Shown here in pieces: positions 61,183 to 64,000 of a stretch of 64,000 nucleotides of DNA. The notes under the pieces were generated by a model. It had not been told where the DNA came from, made no database searches, and worked only from the letters and a program-made list of their open reading frames with translations. How positions within the stretch are numbered: the first letter of the stretch is position 1; each line of letters opens with the position of its first letter. The position numbers and the translations under genes were made by a program. Origin of the DNA: an uncultured Nitrososphaerota archaeon (GTDB lineage: Archaea > Thermoproteota > Nitrososphaeria > Nitrososphaerales > CADDZS01); assembly GCA_963799845.1 (NCBI GenBank), contig CAWCYI010000006.1, positions 1,376,001 to 1,440,000 on the forward strand, read 5' to 3'.

Positions 61183-61392
61183 TTCTTACTGATTGTTTGC
61201 ATAATTCTTGTAATTATTTAAAAGTACCGAGTAAGGATTTGAGAATCCTTTAGAGATGATTCCCCAGCAGAATCTTTGAGGACTAGTCATGTTACATCGT
61301 GAATAGTCCTCGGATTATCGCTGATGATTGGCCCATGCTTCGTGAAAATAGTTTAACTCTTTTAACCTCACTTCGTACGCAAAATTACGATC

Positions 61393-62316
61393 TTGAGCTA
61401 TTCTGGCGGTTCAGGCAAGTCGTTTGGGAGCAAGGGGTTTTCCTCCCAAAAGAAGGAAAGAAAGAAGAAACAGGAATACCACAAGCACCGGTTAAAATTT
61501 ATCCCTGAGGAACACTTGAGCTTTGAACAGCTCAAGGAACGAGTTTCAACCGGGTTAGACCGGCTTGGAAACCAAGTTTTTTCATTCGAACCCGGCGGGT
61601 ACAGTTTTCACAACTGGATGACGAGCATTAATTTGCTGCTAGATGATTTTGAAGAAAAATGTGGACCCGTGAATCTGCCACGAGAATATTTTGACGCTCG
61701 GCTTGAGATGAGCGCGGAACTCCAAAAACCCGTTGATACCACGGAAGCGGATACAGAAATTCAGCGCCTAGAAAAAGAAATTTTGTCAAATGAGGAAAAT
61801 ATTTCAGAGATTGCTCGAAGGTCTCAGAAGGAAGCGGTGGAGGAAAGACATCAAGATGATTCTAAAATTCAGCGCCTGAAGAAAGAGCGGACGCAAACCG
61901 ATATTGAAATAGAAAAGGCGAAGGCCGACCTTGACGAGCAAAAGAGAAAGGCAAACCAATCCTTGTTCAAACGACTGTTTTCCAGTTCTGAAGCAGTCAG
62001 AGTGGCTCAGGAGAAACTGGATTCCCTCACTGCCCGCCGGGAGGAAATTGAGGAAAATATGAAAATGCTGGAAGAGGATCGCTCAGAAAGACAGGGTGTG
62101 ATAAAGAATTTCGATCATGAGATCTCGGAGTTGCGGTTAACACTAGAAGACTTGAGAAGAAATCTAGGGGAAGTGGAAAGTAAGAAACAGGAAGCGATGC
62201 AGCTCAGCGATAAGAGGAGGGAAGTGACGAAATCAATGTCGATCATTATATCCTCACTTCATCTTAGCGAGCACTCAGAGAACTCTTCAAACGAAGAAGA
62301 TGAAAAGACTGTTTGA
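61393..62316 (+). CDS. long coiled-coil hypothetical protein
   Basis: 307 aa, E/K/R-rich heptads. Confidence 0.75.
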   Translation: MSYSGGSGKSFGSKGFSSQKKERKKKQEYHKHRLKFIPEEHLSFEQLKERVSTGLDRLGNQVFSFEPGGYSFHNWMTSINLLLDDFEEKCGPVNLPREYFDARLEMSAELQKPVDTTEADTEIQRLEKEILSNEENISEIARRSQKEAVEERHQDDSKIQRLKKERTQTDIEIEKAKADLDEQKRKANQSLFKRLFSSSEAVRVAQEKLDSLTARREEIEENMKMLEEDRSERQGVIKNFDHEISELRLTLEDLRRNLGEVESKKQEAMQLSDKRREVTKSMSIIISSLHLSEHSENSSNEEDEKTV

Positions 62317-62481
62317 ATAAGACCTAGTTCTATTCAGAATTCGTTATGATTGTCCCAAGTTTGGGCAAGGTTGCAAATTATAAAAAAGAAGGGTGCCTAG
62401 TAATCCAAGGTTTGCGGAATTACTAGATTGAAGTAATCTTCTGTATTTTGGACGCCGCAGAGGGGGGAGATTTTGTCTAGT

Positions 62482-62847
62482 CTAGGCAGAAGTGTCGTCA
62501 TTGTCCGCCGTTGACTCGGTCATCGAATCTCCAGAGCCTGAAGATTCGCTCGCAGAAGAGTCTGAACTTGCCGCAGCACTACCGGTAACGACCGTGGCGC
62601 TGGCAAATCTTGGACCGACTCGATCCACTTTGATCTTGACCTTCTGTCCTACCTTTGCTCCTTGTACAAAGATCACGAAACCTTGGACTTTTGCGACTCC
62701 GTCGCCACGTCTTGAAAGTTCAGTGACTTCTACGTCGTATTCCTTACCTACTTCGACAGGCTTCGGACCCATAGGAGGCCTTCCTCCACCGAATCCGCCC
62801 CTGTTTCCACCGTAACCGCCTCTGTCGCGGTCTCTACCGTAGCTCAT
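62482..62847 (-). CDS. single-TRAM-domain RNA-binding protein with RGG-like N-terminus
   Basis: PVEVGKEYDV.V...RRGDGVAKVQGFVIFV.GA..G. Confidence 0.92.
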   Translation of the reverse strand: MSYGRDRDRGGYGGNRGGFGGGRPPMGPKPVEVGKEYDVEVTELSRRGDGVAKVQGFVIFVQGAKVGQKVKIKVDRVGPRFASATVVTGSAAASSDSSASESSGSGDSMTESTADNDDTSA

Positions 62848-63079
62848 GTTAGTTACGCTCGAAACACCACTTTTTCTGCCACGATATAAGGAAAGCTACT
62901 CCATTCTCAAGTAGATTTACATGATTTTCTCAGATAATAAGGTCGAATTTTTGTGAATTCTATATAGGCCACTTTCATGAGGAAAATCGCGACATTTGAA
63001 TGAGCGGATTCTGGATCTGAACGGAATATGGAAAACGTGTAAATATCAAAACGCGCGTACTTACCGAGTTGAACGGAAA

Positions 63080-63217
63080 ATGAAATACGCATGTACGAAG
63101 TGTGAGCGGACCTTCAATAATAGAGGGGATGCGGACACACACGAAAACGAATCTGGGCACAAGGTCGAGCTTCGAACTGGTGAGACCTATTGGGGAGCCC
63201 ATCTGGTTGCAGTTTAA
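63080..63217 (+). CDS. 45-aa C2H2 zinc-finger microprotein
   Basis: MKYACTKCERTFNNRGDADTHENESGH. Confidence 0.65.
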   Translation: MKYACTKCERTFNNRGDADTHENESGHKVELRTGETYWGAHLVAV

Positions 63218-63356
63218 CTGACGGAGTTTCTCCGGCTTTTTGCGAACGGCGTACTGGTTCGTTATTTGTGGGTTCCAAACCCCACGCCCCCTTTTTTAGA
63301 TTAAGCGGATTTTTCGATGCGCAAGACTAAAACGACTGAAATGCCCTTTCGATTCT

Positions 63357-64000
63357 GTGATCTCTTCCACCGTCTCGCCGTCTGAGAAATCTCGGCCGGA
63401 TCTTCCGATTTTCTCGATCCTCGACTCGATCGATTTTGAAGATCACTTTGTTCTTCTAGGTGATGTCGGCACCGGCAAGACAACCGTAACGCCGATCCAC
63501 GAGTTCAACAAGAACCAAAAGAAAAGAGAAATCGTCATCCGAGAACCATCGAGGGCCTCGTGCAACGCGCTGTATTACTCTCTGCAGGCGCTTTACCCGG
63601 AACTCAAGGACGATCTTGCGGTGATTACGAAGGACACTAAAATCAATGTAGACCGCGGAAGGATTCGGATTGTAACCGACGGTGTCCTCCTCAGGATGCT
63701 CGCCGAAAATTCCCTTAGAGATGTCTCAATTTACTTCGATGAAAGCCATCAGATGACGTCCCAGCTCGAGCTCTGCATGTCTCTTGCAATGAAGAATTCG
63801 TCCGGCAGAGGAAACTTGTTCCGGGTTATGAGCGCGACCATCGACCCGGCCGAGTTTTTGTCCTTCATGGGGATCAAGAATCTCTACACGATTTCAGGCA
63901 GGAGATATCCAGTCTCGATCGAGCTCGAAATGGCGAAGGACAATTTCGAGATGCAGGACAAGCTCGCATCTTACCTCTATTCGCAACCCGAGAGTGAATC
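63357..64000 (+). CDS. DExH-box (HrpA/HrpB/RHA-like) helicase, partial, runs off the window
   Basis: open frame with LPIF, GDVGTGKTT, EPSR, TDGVLLR, FDESH, MSAT, GRRYPV. Confidence 0.85.
   Translation, partial: MISSTVSPSEKSRPDLPIFSILDSIDFEDHFVLLGDVGTGKTTVTPIHEFNKNQKKREIVIREPSRASCNALYYSLQALYPELKDDLAVITKDTKINVDRGRIRIVTDGVLLRMLAENSLRDVSIYFDESHQMTSQLELCMSLAMKNSSGRGNLFRVMSATIDPAEFLSFMGIKNLYTISGRRYPVSIELEMAKDNFEMQDKLASYLYSQPESE

Overview
Archaeal chromosomal window, most likely from a Nitrososphaerota (Thaumarchaeota) lineage. This is inferred from the archaeal gene set, TATA-type promoters, a tRNA with BHB introns and an A54 T-loop, and NitrOD5/DUF6659-like domains. Main content: nfeD-slipin pair, an orphan DNA methyltransferase, coxM/coxS/coxG, a Grs-like radical SAM enzyme, a polyphosphate locus (sixA-ppx-two TMK-fold kinases-CHAD), a solo Cas4-HAD fusion, and an 11-gene ilv/leu/cimA/pheA/lysC operon. 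The most unusual signals are: (1) a tnpB gene enclosed by ~40-bp IS6-like terminal inverted repeats with no transposase; (2) an elongator tRNA-Met split by three BHB introns (8/9, 30/31, 37/38) plus a possible fourth at 7/8; (3) a degenerate FtsZ homolog that keeps the T7 loop and C-terminal domain but lacks the GTP-binding signature; (4) an IS481 with a 15-bp target duplication over a TATA-like box; (5) a candidate branched-chain-amino-acid leader peptide upstream of ilvB; (6) an HrpA/B-like DExH helicase. Several genes carry single-base frameshifts, probably assembly indels. All family calls come from motif recognition by eye; no searches were run.
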